Origin: a virus
Taxonomy: Duplodnaviria > Caudoviricetes
IMG/VR virus record: IMGVR_UViG_3300029156_000007
Coordinates: 1 to 40,597 of that record
Length of the DNA stretch: 40,597 bases
Strand: one strand, 5' to 3'
Below, piece by piece: positions 32,123 to 40,597 of the stretch. Position 1 is the first letter of the stretch; every line of letters starts with the position of its first letter. The notes below the pieces were generated by a model that was not told the DNA's origin, made no database searches, and worked only from the letters and a program-made list of their open reading frames with translations. The position numbers and the translations under genes were made by a program.

Positions 32123-34246
32123 TTACGCCTGTGTGCCGTACCCTACAGCTTCGGCCTGGAGTACACCGTACACCGTGCGGAAGTAGTAGTGAAGGCGAAG
32201 CTGCCCGGTTGTGCTTGCGGAGTATGGGTCACGCAGTACGCGGAACTCAGGCTCGTTGCGAACACCTACATAGTTGAAGTTGCCAAAGAGGACGGACTTC
32301 AAGCCAGTAGTGGCAGCAGGAACAGCGTTGGAGAAGTACACAGGGTACTGAAGCAATGAGCGCTGTCCACGGCTTGAGCCTTGCGGCGTATCGTCGTAGA
32401 TGAAATCATTGCCTTGCAGCTTGGCTACGAGGCCATAAGTAGCAGGGCGTGTAACCCAACCTACGTTTCCTGTGTCGTCGAGGTAGAAAGCCAGGTCGTT
32501 GTTGTAAACGATGTCCTGAACTTCTCCAGCGGCGATAGCAGCAGCGCCAGCAAAGGTCTTGAAGTTGGTACCGTTTGTGGTAACTTCAGTGACCAAAAGG
32601 CTGTTGTGCGTTTTCGCCATGCCACGACCTACAAAGTTCTCCAGGAACTCAAGCAGGCGGGAGTCTTCATCCTGCATCAACTCATCAGACAGCTCAATGC
32701 GTTTGGTGTATTTGCCAAGCGTCATTGCTTTTGTGCCGATGGCTGGCGCGTCACGATCATTTGCAGCGCCTTCAGCAGTTGAGATGAATTCACCGTCTCC
32801 CTCGTTGTCGAGAGGAACGTTTACCGTGGTGCCTTTGCCGGGGATGTTGCGAACGCCTAAGCGTGTAGCAAGCATCGCTTCATCACGACGGGCAATGATG
32901 TTCTGGAAGTGGCCCGTAGGGACAGCGTTTCCACCATCAGCAGCGGTACCGACGTTCATATCGGTATCGTTAGATGCCTTGATAGCGATTGATTGAGGAC
33001 CTGAAACGGTTCCCCATCCATCAGCGCCTTCGGCTTTCATGTGGCTTACGCCGCCCATGTCGCCAGTACGCACCCAATGCGCTACCGCCTTGGCTTCTGT
33101 GTCGCCCAAGCCGGTCTTGAAGTTCACGTTGGCAGCAGAGACATCGTGAGCGGCCTTGACGACGCGCTGAGGCTCTGGTGCGCCTGCCTTGGCCTGCACT
33201 TCAAGGCTCTTGTACTGATCGTACTCGGCCTTAGTGATCGTCAGCACTTCAGTAGGCTTGACGATCTCGGATTTGACTTCCGGTGCAGCTTCCTGTACTA
33301 CAGGCTCCTGCGCTGGAGTTTTTTCTACGTTTTCCATTGTTGCGGTTTGAGTTGTATCGGGATCGGATTTGACCCCGACAGGTTCAGCCGCTTCGCTTTC
33401 TGCATCTACGGGCACGACTACGGATTGCACATCCGTCTCTGCGTGGTCCGTCTCTTGAGCTTTTAGCTCCGCGATATGATTGAGATAAACTGTTTTCTTT
33501 TCGATCCACTCACGTTTCTCCTGCACCTCTGTCCATTCCCCTGTAGTGGAGAACATGACGCTATCACCATCGCGTGTGTATGGTATCCGGTAGTACTTGT
33601 CGCCAACCCTGGCAATCACGTCCGTATCGAATACCTCAGACACCCACGAGTCACAGTCAAGCCGCCCGTATGTATTCCAAAAGGCAGTATGAACGGTGTC
33701 TATTAGGCGTGTTAGGCTTTCGGCCTTCAGCTCCGCCAGATATGATTTAAGGGGTATAGCCTTGGTGCGCGGTTCGCACGGTGTAGGGGTGAGACTGGCA
33801 TCAAGGCCGAGCGGCCATGATTTGATGTGCCAGGATTTACCGACCGCCTCACGCTCTACAAGATGCGCCGCCGTTCCAGATGACCAGCCGAGTTTCCCCT
33901 GCTTTGCCATCTCGAATATTGCTTTCTCGTATTCATCACGTAGATCCATCTGCCCTTCAAGCCACACGCCTACGTCATCGGTGGACAAACTGCCCATGCC
34001 GAGCCTACGGCCCTTGATGGCGCTGTCCTGCCCATGATGGTAGAGCACCGGGCTTACCTTGACCGGGCCGAAGTCGGTTTCAGGCGTGAAGAAGTCGCCA
34101 GCGAGGTCGGGATCTTTCGCCGTGCTAAAGCGGACGAGATACCCGCCAACCTTGCCTTCTTCGTCTAACGCCTTGACTTCCCCGCCGAAAAAGACGACGG
34201 TTTCGCTTGCTAATGGGGCTTGTGACTCTTGTTCGTGATTTTCCAT
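32123..34246 (-). CDS. Prohead protease-scaffold-major capsid (HK97 fold) fusion
   Basis: N-terminal protease (VGGY…DLAGDFF…LYHHG…WSSG…SLTPTP), acidic linker, capsid ADGGNAVP…LSDELMQD…LFGNF…LRDPY. Confidence 0.9.
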   Translation of the reverse strand: MENHEQESQAPLASETVVFFGGEVKALDEEGKVGGYLVRFSTAKDPDLAGDFFTPETDFGPVKVSPVLYHHGQDSAIKGRRLGMGSLSTDDVGVWLEGQMDLRDEYEKAIFEMAKQGKLGWSSGTAAHLVEREAVGKSWHIKSWPLGLDASLTPTPCEPRTKAIPLKSYLAELKAESLTRLIDTVHTAFWNTYGRLDCDSWVSEVFDTDVIARVGDKYYRIPYTRDGDSVMFSTTGEWTEVQEKREWIEKKTVYLNHIAELKAQETDHAETDVQSVVVPVDAESEAAEPVGVKSDPDTTQTATMENVEKTPAQEPVVQEAAPEVKSEIVKPTEVLTITKAEYDQYKSLEVQAKAGAPEPQRVVKAAHDVSAANVNFKTGLGDTEAKAVAHWVRTGDMGGVSHMKAEGADGWGTVSGPQSIAIKASNDTDMNVGTAADGGNAVPTGHFQNIIARRDEAMLATRLGVRNIPGKGTTVNVPLDNEGDGEFISTAEGAANDRDAPAIGTKAMTLGKYTKRIELSDELMQDEDSRLLEFLENFVGRGMAKTHNSLLVTEVTTNGTNFKTFAGAAAIAAGEVQDIVYNNDLAFYLDDTGNVGWVTRPATYGLVAKLQGNDFIYDDTPQGSSRGQRSLLQYPVYFSNAVPAATTGLKSVLFGNFNYVGVRNEPEFRVLRDPYSASTTGQLRLHYYFRTVYGVLQAEAVGYGTQA

Positions 34247-34250
34247 AAAC

Positions 34251-34290
34251 GAGAAAAGGAGCGGCCTACCTTGCGGTAAACTGCTCCTTT
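34251..34290 (-). terminator. Terminator-like hairpin just upstream of the capsid start
   Basis: Minus strand GGAGCAGTTTACC-GCAA-GGTAGGCCGCTCC-TTTTCTC. Confidence 0.5.
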
Positions 34291-34336
34291 GGGAGTTTCT
34301 TAATTCTTGGGTCGTCAGGCGATGCCTAACATGCTG

Positions 34337-34366
34337 TAATATAAGGATTTAGGGTATTAGTTCCAA
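34337..34366 (-). promoter_or_regulatory. Conserved leftward promoter-like motif, copy 3
   Basis: Minus strand TTGGAACTA-N14-TATATTA. Confidence 0.6.
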
Positions 34367-34696
34367 CTATACACTAACCAGCCTACGAGCTTCAAGGACT
34401 AGCCTTCTTTGTACCAACTCCTCTGTTAATACATTGTATATCGCCTCAGCGTACGTATCGCTGGAAACAGTGTACTCATTGACATGAAGTTCTACCTTCC
34501 TGTTGTAGCTACCTGACTTTACAAAAACGTTTAACTTGTAGTCGCTACTGTCTTTGATTCTCTGTACCCAATAGGAAGTATCGTACTCAGGAAACCGGTT
34601 TGCTAGCTTTCGCAGTTTAGGTGTTAATGCCTCAAGCGAAAAAGATAGGTCATCTACCAACACATCAGCCTTTTTGCAGTCATAAACCACACTCAT
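34367..34696 (-). CDS. Hypothetical protein
   Basis: 109 aa, AT-richer, ATGA-coupled. Confidence 0.55.
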   Translation of the reverse strand: MSVVYDCKKADVLVDDLSFSLEALTPKLRKLANRFPEYDTSYWVQRIKDSSDYKLNVFVKSGSYNRKVELHVNEYTVSSDTYAEAIYNVLTEELVQRRLVLEARRLVSV

Positions 34697-34938
34697 GCCG
34701 CCTTCGCCTTGTCTAGGTGAACGATATGCAATGCACGCCCCCCGCCAACGGTAGGGGATGCCAGCATGTAGCCGCGCTGCGTGCGCTTGATCGCCCTTAA
34801 TATAGTGATTGCCTGTTGCAATTCATGCTGCGTCAGCTCGTCCGGCTGCTCGTAGACGAGATCCTGGTTGCCGGTTGACGCCATGCCCTGAAGGGCTGGC
34901 AGGCTTACTATCTTGTTTTCGGTTTCGGTCATATGCAT
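34693..34938 (-). CDS. Hypothetical protein
   Basis: 81 aa, coupled on both sides. Confidence 0.55.
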   Translation of the reverse strand: MHMTETENKIVSLPALQGMASTGNQDLVYEQPDELTQHELQQAITILRAIKRTQRGYMLASPTVGGGRALHIVHLDKAKAA

Positions 34939-35462
34939 TAAAAGAGGCTTAATTGCCGCGACTTATGCTCTGATAGTGAATACAACATCTGCATCCTCTT
35001 AATCACGGTGTGCAAGGATGAGATGTGCCAAATAGCATCATCTCGCCTTTTAATCCACACAGTATATGTAGGGAAATTGCGCCTATTAAGCTCATTGACT
35101 TGTTGCTCTAGTGTTCTATACCCGCCAGACTGTAGTTCCGAGATAATAGGCTTCATTAGAAATGCCCATAAATCAGCTCCGAGCATATTCTTCACCGCTA
35201 ACTTCTTGCCGTTTATTCCGGGTTTCCATCCTGTAGCCCTTTTCTTTTCTATTCCAGCCTTAGTTGCTTCTGAATGACCAATCCAAGTATGAGCCGGTAG
35301 CATATGACAGCGCGCATGGCACTTTACGCATAGCGGAATTGTCACATCGTACCCATCCCTGAACTTTGGATCGGGATGATGTTCGTGTTCAGCCTCGACG
35401 CCACATAGCAAACACATCCCGTCAAGTATTCTTCTGGCTTTTTCTTTCTTGCTAATCATCAA
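34938..35462 (-). CDS. HNH-like zinc domain fused to serine-recombinase-type DNA-binding region
   Basis: CLLCG…HEHH…TIPLCVKCHARCH then SEATKAGIEKKRATGWKPG and GYRTLEQQVNELNRRNFPT…WHISSL. Confidence 0.6.
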   Translation of the reverse strand: MMISKKEKARRILDGMCLLCGVEAEHEHHPDPKFRDGYDVTIPLCVKCHARCHMLPAHTWIGHSEATKAGIEKKRATGWKPGINGKKLAVKNMLGADLWAFLMKPIISELQSGGYRTLEQQVNELNRRNFPTYTVWIKRRDDAIWHISSLHTVIKRMQMLYSLSEHKSRQLSLF

Positions 35463-36294
35463 TCAAGGGGGTTAGCGTACATCGACAGTTAATTACCTGA
35501 CCCGGAGGCCCTTCGGGATCGCCCGGATGCTGCAAGGGGCTGCCGCCAACCATGAAAGGTAGACTAATCTCTATCGGCTCGGCAAGTTCGGGATGCTGGC
35601 GCGTGTCATGGTCAGACCGTACACGACCATCAGCCGTTGAAAGCCATGCCTTCTTGTTGATCCCGTTCTCCATCCACGCCTCAAGCGTACCCGATTCAAA
35701 CGCGCCAACCACGACCGTATTCGTGATCCGGTCAACGCGGTACTCCCGGTAGCCCTCGAACAATTGATGCATTGACGCCTGCATTTCGTTCTGCGTGGCG
35801 TTCTCCGCTATCATGTCCGTGAGTAGCCGTATTACCTGCCGTTCCGTCGCCTGGTTAACCAGTTCACTACGCGTGACCTGCCGGGCGATGATATCCCACG
35901 CGATAGGGCGATCCGGTATGGTGTCCGATTCAAGGCCGATGCGAAGCAATCCGGCGAGTTTACCGTCTCGTATAATCTCCGTGATCTGCCCGGTTAACCG
36001 CCCGATGAACTCCCGCGCCCATTTGCGGAAGTCGAAGAAGTCGGCAAGGCTGAATGTCTTGGTAGATCGCTTTGCAATCTCGGCTATGATCTCGGCTTCC
36101 TGATCGTCAAAGAACTGCCGCACGATGGCCGCTACAGGCCCCCGGTGTACGTCCCGCATACGGTCAACGGCTAACCACTCGGCACGCCGCTGCTCGTCGT
36201 CCTGAGCCTTTAAGGATGCCCTATGGCGTCCCGCCCGTTCCAGCGTCCGTAACGCCCCTGCATACCCTGGATAGTGCTTTGCAGGAGCGGCTAA
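35452..36294 (-). CDS. MuF/SPP1 gp7-like minor head protein (frame open to the portal slippery site; first ATG at 36159)
   Basis: KKAWLSTADGRVRSDH…PFMVGG…HPGDP…INCRCTL. Confidence 0.85.
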   Translation of the reverse strand, partial: LAAPAKHYPGYAGALRTLERAGRHRASLKAQDDEQRRAEWLAVDRMRDVHRGPVAAIVRQFFDDQEAEIIAEIAKRSTKTFSLADFFDFRKWAREFIGRLTGQITEIIRDGKLAGLLRIGLESDTIPDRPIAWDIIARQVTRSELVNQATERQVIRLLTDMIAENATQNEMQASMHQLFEGYREYRVDRITNTVVVGAFESGTLEAWMENGINKKAWLSTADGRVRSDHDTRQHPELAEPIEISLPFMVGGSPLQHPGDPEGPPGQVINCRCTLTPLIDD

Positions 36295-37769
36295 AAACCC
36301 ACGAAAGGGGGTGCAAACACGGCATCAAGCTCCTCACCATCATCAAGGCGTTGGCGAATGATCGCCGCCTCGTATTCGCTCAGGTGGTCCGGGCTAAACT
36401 TAACGCTCCGGTCTTTCTTGGCGATCTTGCGACGCCAAGCCGTTATATCCTGCTCCTTGCCGGTGTCAGACTTCCATTCGGCTTCCACGGCTACCGGCTG
36501 CACCTTCAGCGCTTCAAGCTGCTCCTGGATGCTCTGAAGCAATACCTTCACATCCGCTGTCGATTCGTCTGCACCTTCCTCTGTAGCCGCCGCAAGCTGC
36601 CGGGGCTGTGCTTCCTCTTCTCTGGCATCTACGACGATTTCACGTGATCCCAGAGGCTCGTAGCCTAGCAATTCGCGCCCCTCATCCATCGTAAGGACGG
36701 GGCCACCTGTAATCTGTACCACCTTTTGCGCTTTGTCCAGTTCATATCGCTGTATCACTTCAAGCTGCTCCGGGTGGAACGTGAAGCGGTAGCCCATCTC
36801 GCTAAATAGCTGCCGGTTAAGCTGCCGCTGCAAGAATTTAGCCTGTGGTACGACCGTAAACACGTAGTAGTTGATGTGGTCAAGCTCCGCCGTAGCGAAG
36901 TTAGATGCATTACTCATCACGAGGCTGAACGGGATGCCAAGAGCGGCGCATACGGCTTCCCGCTGTTCGCTGGTTAAATCGCTATCAGAGAGATCGGATA
37001 AGCCCTCACCGATCACTTCCGGCTTTACCTTCGAGTTAAACACCTCATTCTTGCCGCCATTGAACCAGCCGGTGAGCATCTTATTCCACTTCGTCTTCAG
37101 GTTTTGAATCTGATCCGGGTGGATGTTCTCGCCGCCTTCAACCGTTAAGATCGTTGCCTTGATTGCGCCTTTGTCAAGGAAGTTAGCCAGGAAGCCATCC
37201 AGGGCGCGTAGCACCTGAACGTTCTTCTTTCCAGCCATTGCGCCCGATACACCGGGGCCGTTCTCGATGAACGGATCAAGGCCATGTATGGCTATCATGT
37301 CCTCAACATCGTACGTCTCCTGCCCGCTGTTCACGTTTCGCTTATACCCAACGACGCCCCGCGCTGGTGTCTTAATCGGTTCTATCTTCGTGGGGGATAG
37401 GTAGAACAGGTTCGATATGCCGCGCCCATCGTTCTCCTTAAGCGTGTATGCGCTGCCAACGGTGACAAGGGATGCTTCCCATTGATACAGAAGACCGGGC
37501 AGGTTGTCCAGCACCTTGAGCTGCTCCGGCAATTCCGGGGCGTCGCTATCCCATACAACAGTATCGCTGCCGGTTGCTGTAATGCTCCACGGCATCGACT
37601 GAATGGACTTCGCCCGCAGGTCCACACAGCGATGGAACCACCCCTGCTGATGGAATAGCGTCTGTATGGATACGTTGGTCTTCTTGTCCTCGCTGAACCA
37701 GCCGAGGATCGTATTCAGTGACGTGTTTTTAATGGGGCTTCGTGTGTCGAGAATTGCTACGCCTGCCAT
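36291..37769 (-). CDS. Portal protein
   Basis: RCVDLRAKSIQSMPW…GSAY…VCAALGIP…NFATA…TVVP…LTMDEGRELLGYEPL. Confidence 0.9.
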   Translation of the reverse strand: MAGVAILDTRSPIKNTSLNTILGWFSEDKKTNVSIQTLFHQQGWFHRCVDLRAKSIQSMPWSITATGSDTVVWDSDAPELPEQLKVLDNLPGLLYQWEASLVTVGSAYTLKENDGRGISNLFYLSPTKIEPIKTPARGVVGYKRNVNSGQETYDVEDMIAIHGLDPFIENGPGVSGAMAGKKNVQVLRALDGFLANFLDKGAIKATILTVEGGENIHPDQIQNLKTKWNKMLTGWFNGGKNEVFNSKVKPEVIGEGLSDLSDSDLTSEQREAVCAALGIPFSLVMSNASNFATAELDHINYYVFTVVPQAKFLQRQLNRQLFSEMGYRFTFHPEQLEVIQRYELDKAQKVVQITGGPVLTMDEGRELLGYEPLGSREIVVDAREEEAQPRQLAAATEEGADESTADVKVLLQSIQEQLEALKVQPVAVEAEWKSDTGKEQDITAWRRKIAKKDRSVKFSPDHLSEYEAAIIRQRLDDGEELDAVFAPPFVGF

Positions 37770-37778
37770 TTCTTTTCC

Positions 37779-39026
37779 TTATGATACCAGCCAGCCTACA
37801 GGCTTGGCGAAATGCGAAAATACGGGATACCTGACGGCGTCGGGGCAGTCGTCATCTAGTTTAACAGGTTCATCAAGTATAGTGCCATCGGGCAACTTGC
37901 GCCAGCGGTAGTCCTGATGTTGCTGCTTGCCTCTGTAGCTCCTTTTCGTGAAGCACAGCTTGTATGATTTAACAATATTGATACCGGCATACACGGACCC
38001 CTTGCTCTTGTCTGCCCCCTCTATCCAATACCCTGCACGCTTGATCTCCTCAATAGCTTCCGGCCTTGATCCATCCGCTACAATCTTCTTATGCCGATCA
38101 ATGCCGATATCATTCATCTTATCAATCAGATCGGCAATCGTTAAGTATGATTCGTGTATGATCTCGTCAACATGAAGCTCCGGCTTCGGGTCAATGTCCC
38201 GTATACCAACCTCTACCATGACCATCGGGTGATTATACCCGAAGTCCAGCCCGTACACCGTCTCGCCGTCCGGCAAGCCGGGGGAGTCGTACACGTAGGG
38301 GTAGATGGCTTCCGATGGCGAACCGCGCCGCCCCAGGCCGTAAACGCTCCACCAATACGGATCGCCTTTGATGAGCTGCCCGGTGCCGGTGTAGGTTAGA
38401 TCCCAATCAATGAACTTTGTCCCGTCCGCTTCTTCGTAGACGGGAACCATGATCTCTATCTCGCGCCGATTTGCATCCGTAAGGAACGCATTCACCTTGT
38501 ACGTGCTGTGGATGTGTTCGCAGTCGTCGCGGGTCAGCACCTCGTCATAGATCCATGAACGCATCATAGACGGGTTATAATCAATCAGGATTTGATCTTT
38601 GGTACGCATTGCAAGCTGCCGGTAATCCTCGTAATGCAATTCATTGCCCTCATTGAGCCATAGTACGTCACGGCGCGGCCCGCGTGCTTTCTGCTCGTTA
38701 TCAAGGGCAAAGAACTCTATCACGGTTCCGCTCTGCTTGTTGGTAAACTTGAAGTCTGTCTTGTTCTCATTGAATGCGCTGTAACACCCTGCCAGGTTAA
38801 GGGCTTCCTTAAAGTCCTTCAGCGCCCCGCGCTTCATCGCTGGCATGGTCTTACGCACTACAGAGAACGTCTTGTTGCTTTCACTGAACGAACGCACAAT
38901 GAGATACTGAGCAAGGGAAAACGTCTTGCTTGAACTACTCGAACCCTCATGCACGATGATCTTTGCGTCACTGGCAAGGGTGCGCTCTAGCAGTTCGGTG
39001 CCGGATATGTCAAGGCTTTTTGGCAC
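37779..39026 (-). CDS. Terminase large subunit (PBSX-like)
   Basis: HEGSSSSSKT Walker A variant, VVRKT, WLNE, IDYNP, YGLDFGY, DDCPDAVRY. Confidence 0.92.
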   Translation of the reverse strand: MPKSLDISGTELLERTLASDAKIIVHEGSSSSSKTFSLAQYLIVRSFSESNKTFSVVRKTMPAMKRGALKDFKEALNLAGCYSAFNENKTDFKFTNKQSGTVIEFFALDNEQKARGPRRDVLWLNEGNELHYEDYRQLAMRTKDQILIDYNPSMMRSWIYDEVLTRDDCEHIHSTYKVNAFLTDANRREIEIMVPVYEEADGTKFIDWDLTYTGTGQLIKGDPYWWSVYGLGRRGSPSEAIYPYVYDSPGLPDGETVYGLDFGYNHPMVMVEVGIRDIDPKPELHVDEIIHESYLTIADLIDKMNDIGIDRHKKIVADGSRPEAIEEIKRAGYWIEGADKSKGSVYAGINIVKSYKLCFTKRSYRGKQQHQDYRWRKLPDGTILDEPVKLDDDCPDAVRYPVFSHFAKPVGWLVS

Positions 39027-39402
39027 TTACGATACTTACATTGATCGTCTCAAATGATTCGCCGCCGGTGGTGTGGTCTATGCGCTCCGTAAAGTCCGCC
39101 TGCGACTTGCCAAGGATCTCGGACGCCTTGAGCCTGTCCTTCATATCCGCCTGATCGTTGCGCATAACCTCGGACCAAAAGCGCTGCCTTTCCTCACGAT
39201 CAGCAACCAGTGGATCGGATTCCTGACGTTCTTTGATGGCTTCTGATATGTTAGCATTTGTTAGCAGCCGAGAACCAGCGTTTCTAAGCGTCGCATCACT
39301 ACCCGAATAGCCAGCAATACGCGCTGCTTCCGTGGCGTTCCCTTTGGCGGGACCCATGAAAGCCTCGACGAACTTACGCTGCTTTTCGGTCAGTTTAGCC
39401 AT
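39010..39402 (-). CDS. Terminase small subunit
   Basis: LTEKQRKFVE…NATEAARIAGYS…GSRLL…DRLKASEILGK. Confidence 0.92.
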   Translation of the reverse strand: MAKLTEKQRKFVEAFMGPAKGNATEAARIAGYSGSDATLRNAGSRLLTNANISEAIKERQESDPLVADREERQRFWSEVMRNDQADMKDRLKASEILGKSQADFTERIDHTTGGESFETINVSIVSAKKP

Positions 39403-39436
39403 AAGCCCTACACCTCCGGCTGTGGTTGATTGTGCA

Positions 39437-39724
39437 TCACGCAGGCTGCCCCGCCTTCCAGCTCGTGAACTCGTTGAGGCTCGGACCTTCCACGGTCAGC
39501 CGCTCCAACGTCACCTTGTCAGGGGCGGCAATCGTCTTGTGGTGCTTGTAGTACATCGTGATCTTGCGGCACAGGGTATGCGTCAGCTCACAGACGCGCT
39601 CCGCGTCCTCTTTCGTGGCAAACATGCCTTGCTGCGCCCGGTTATGGATCGCTTCGGCTATCTGCTGAATGTACTCGGCGTCGCGTTCTTTCTCGCTAAC
39701 GGGGTCTAGTAATGGAGAGGGCAT
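39437..39724 (-). CDS. Hypothetical protein
   Basis: 95 aa; TAATG overlap. Confidence 0.55.
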   Translation of the reverse strand: MPSPLLDPVSEKERDAEYIQQIAEAIHNRAQQGMFATKEDAERVCELTHTLCRKITMYYKHHKTIAAPDKVTLERLTVEGPSLNEFTSWKAGQPA

Positions 39725-39972
39725 TAGGCAAAGAGTTGTAGTTTCTTATCAATGATCCGGCTCATGATATCGCGTACCTGCTCCAGGGACAGCTTTACGC
39801 GCTTATCCCTGCCGCTGTACATCTCCAGGATCGTGTAATCGGAGTCACTAGGGCAGACGTAGTACCCTTCGACGCGGTAGAAGTCGGTATCGGTCTCTAT
39901 CTGCTGCGCCCCGAACGCTGTCTCGACTGTGCCGCCTGAGATGATGATGCGCGGCGTGTCTTGATCTGCCAT
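39724..39972 (-). CDS. Hypothetical protein
   Basis: 82 aa, first gene after promoter motif copy 4. Confidence 0.55.
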   Translation of the reverse strand: MADQDTPRIIISGGTVETAFGAQQIETDTDFYRVEGYYVCPSDSDYTILEMYSGRDKRVKLSLEQVRDIMSRIIDKKLQLFA

Positions 39973-40006
39973 TTGTTAGGCTAACTAAATTTGTGATTAG
40001 CTATCC

Positions 40007-40038
40007 TAATATACTGAAAATAAAGCACTTAGTTCAAA
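40007..40038 (-). promoter_or_regulatory. Conserved leftward promoter-like motif, copy 4
   Basis: Minus strand TTTGAACTA-N16-TATATTA. Confidence 0.55.
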
Positions 40039-40579
40039 TCGCCCGCACCGCCATCGGCCTCAGCCCTAGCACATCCACCATCCCCATGCCATCAGCTACG
40101 ATCCGTAGCCCGTACATGCGCCGAAACGCCTCCATGTCAACCATCAGGCCGGGGCAGGTCTTCGTCACGCCTCTTACCTCACGATGCCCAAGCAGGGCAG
40201 CGGAGCCGAGCCGGGCCACCTCCGGGTAACGCCTGCGGATGCTGGCTGCCAGCGTAAAGAAGGCGTCGTACTGCTCCGGGGTGAAGTCGCTCTGATCGCC
40301 GTGCCCGGTGAAACACACGCCGATACTTTGGCGGTTCATTGATCCGTTCCTGCAATGGCTCCCAGGCTCATCCTCGTGCCGCCCGGATGCTGTGACGCCG
40401 TCCTGCTGAATGAGGTAGTGATATCCGAATGATGTTAGCTCCGGGTTGTGCTGGTCTCGCCAGTATGGGAGCCGTGTGAATCCGCGTTCCCGGTGCCAGC
40501 GGTCGATCTCGGCTATATCCACCTCCGGGGTGAATGCCGCTGTGTGCGCTATGATGTAGCGCGGTTTGTTGAGTTGCAT
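40034..40579 (-). CDS. N-acetylmuramoyl-L-alanine amidase endolysin (T7 lysozyme-like)
   Basis: IIAHTA…IDRWHRERGF…GYHYLI…GSHC…SIGVC…GHREV…KTCPG. Confidence 0.9.
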   Translation of the reverse strand: MQLNKPRYIIAHTAAFTPEVDIAEIDRWHRERGFTRLPYWRDQHNPELTSFGYHYLIQQDGVTASGRHEDEPGSHCRNGSMNRQSIGVCFTGHGDQSDFTPEQYDAFFTLAASIRRRYPEVARLGSAALLGHREVRGVTKTCPGLMVDMEAFRRMYGLRIVADGMGMVDVLGLRPMAVRAI

Positions 40580-40597
40580 ACTGCCTTACGTGATTTG

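Noticed and set aside
36159-36293. TAG readthrough joining portal and MuF
   Set aside because: MuF is in the -1 frame; the portal frame hits TAA 27 codons after TAG
40025-40055. GTTCAAATC…CCA as a tRNA 3' end or att core
   Set aside because: No T-stem or acceptor pairing; explained by the amidase 3' end and the promoter motif
1-40597. Alternative genetic code or host assignment
   Set aside because: Core genes are intact under the standard code with all three stops used; the host cannot be determined reliably without searches

Overview
The window looks like a temperate siphovirus-type phage genome, probably complete and circular. A minus-strand LamG-domain ORF runs off position 1, closes in frame 4 codons into the other end (…FYNS|QIT*), and is followed 6 nt later by the amidase ATG. 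Modules: leftward ParB-methyltransferase plus putative nuclease; a divergent wHTH/RHH switch; a rightward early operon (Sak/Rad52, replication initiator with six internal iterons, Dam-like MTase, HNH, RusA-like, DGQHR protein, Xis, tyrosine integrase); and a leftward late region (amidase, TerS/TerL, portal, MuF-like minor head, protease-capsid fusion, neck, tail, TMP, tail hub, holin-like proteins, beta-helix protein, a third MTase, a 4-TM protein). The most unusual signal is extensive candidate recoding, with three -1 frameshift sites. One is the classic tail-chaperone shift. The second fuses portal to the MuF-like protein and has tandem slippery heptamers plus a hairpin/pseudoknot. The third appends a basic CxCGC domain to the 4-TM membrane protein. 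There are also a four-copy promoter-like motif, two apparently homologous structured 5' leaders, several candidate small RNAs, an antisense membrane gene abutting the TMP start, and unannotated single-TM micropeptides. All calls come from manual motif reading; no database searches were run.
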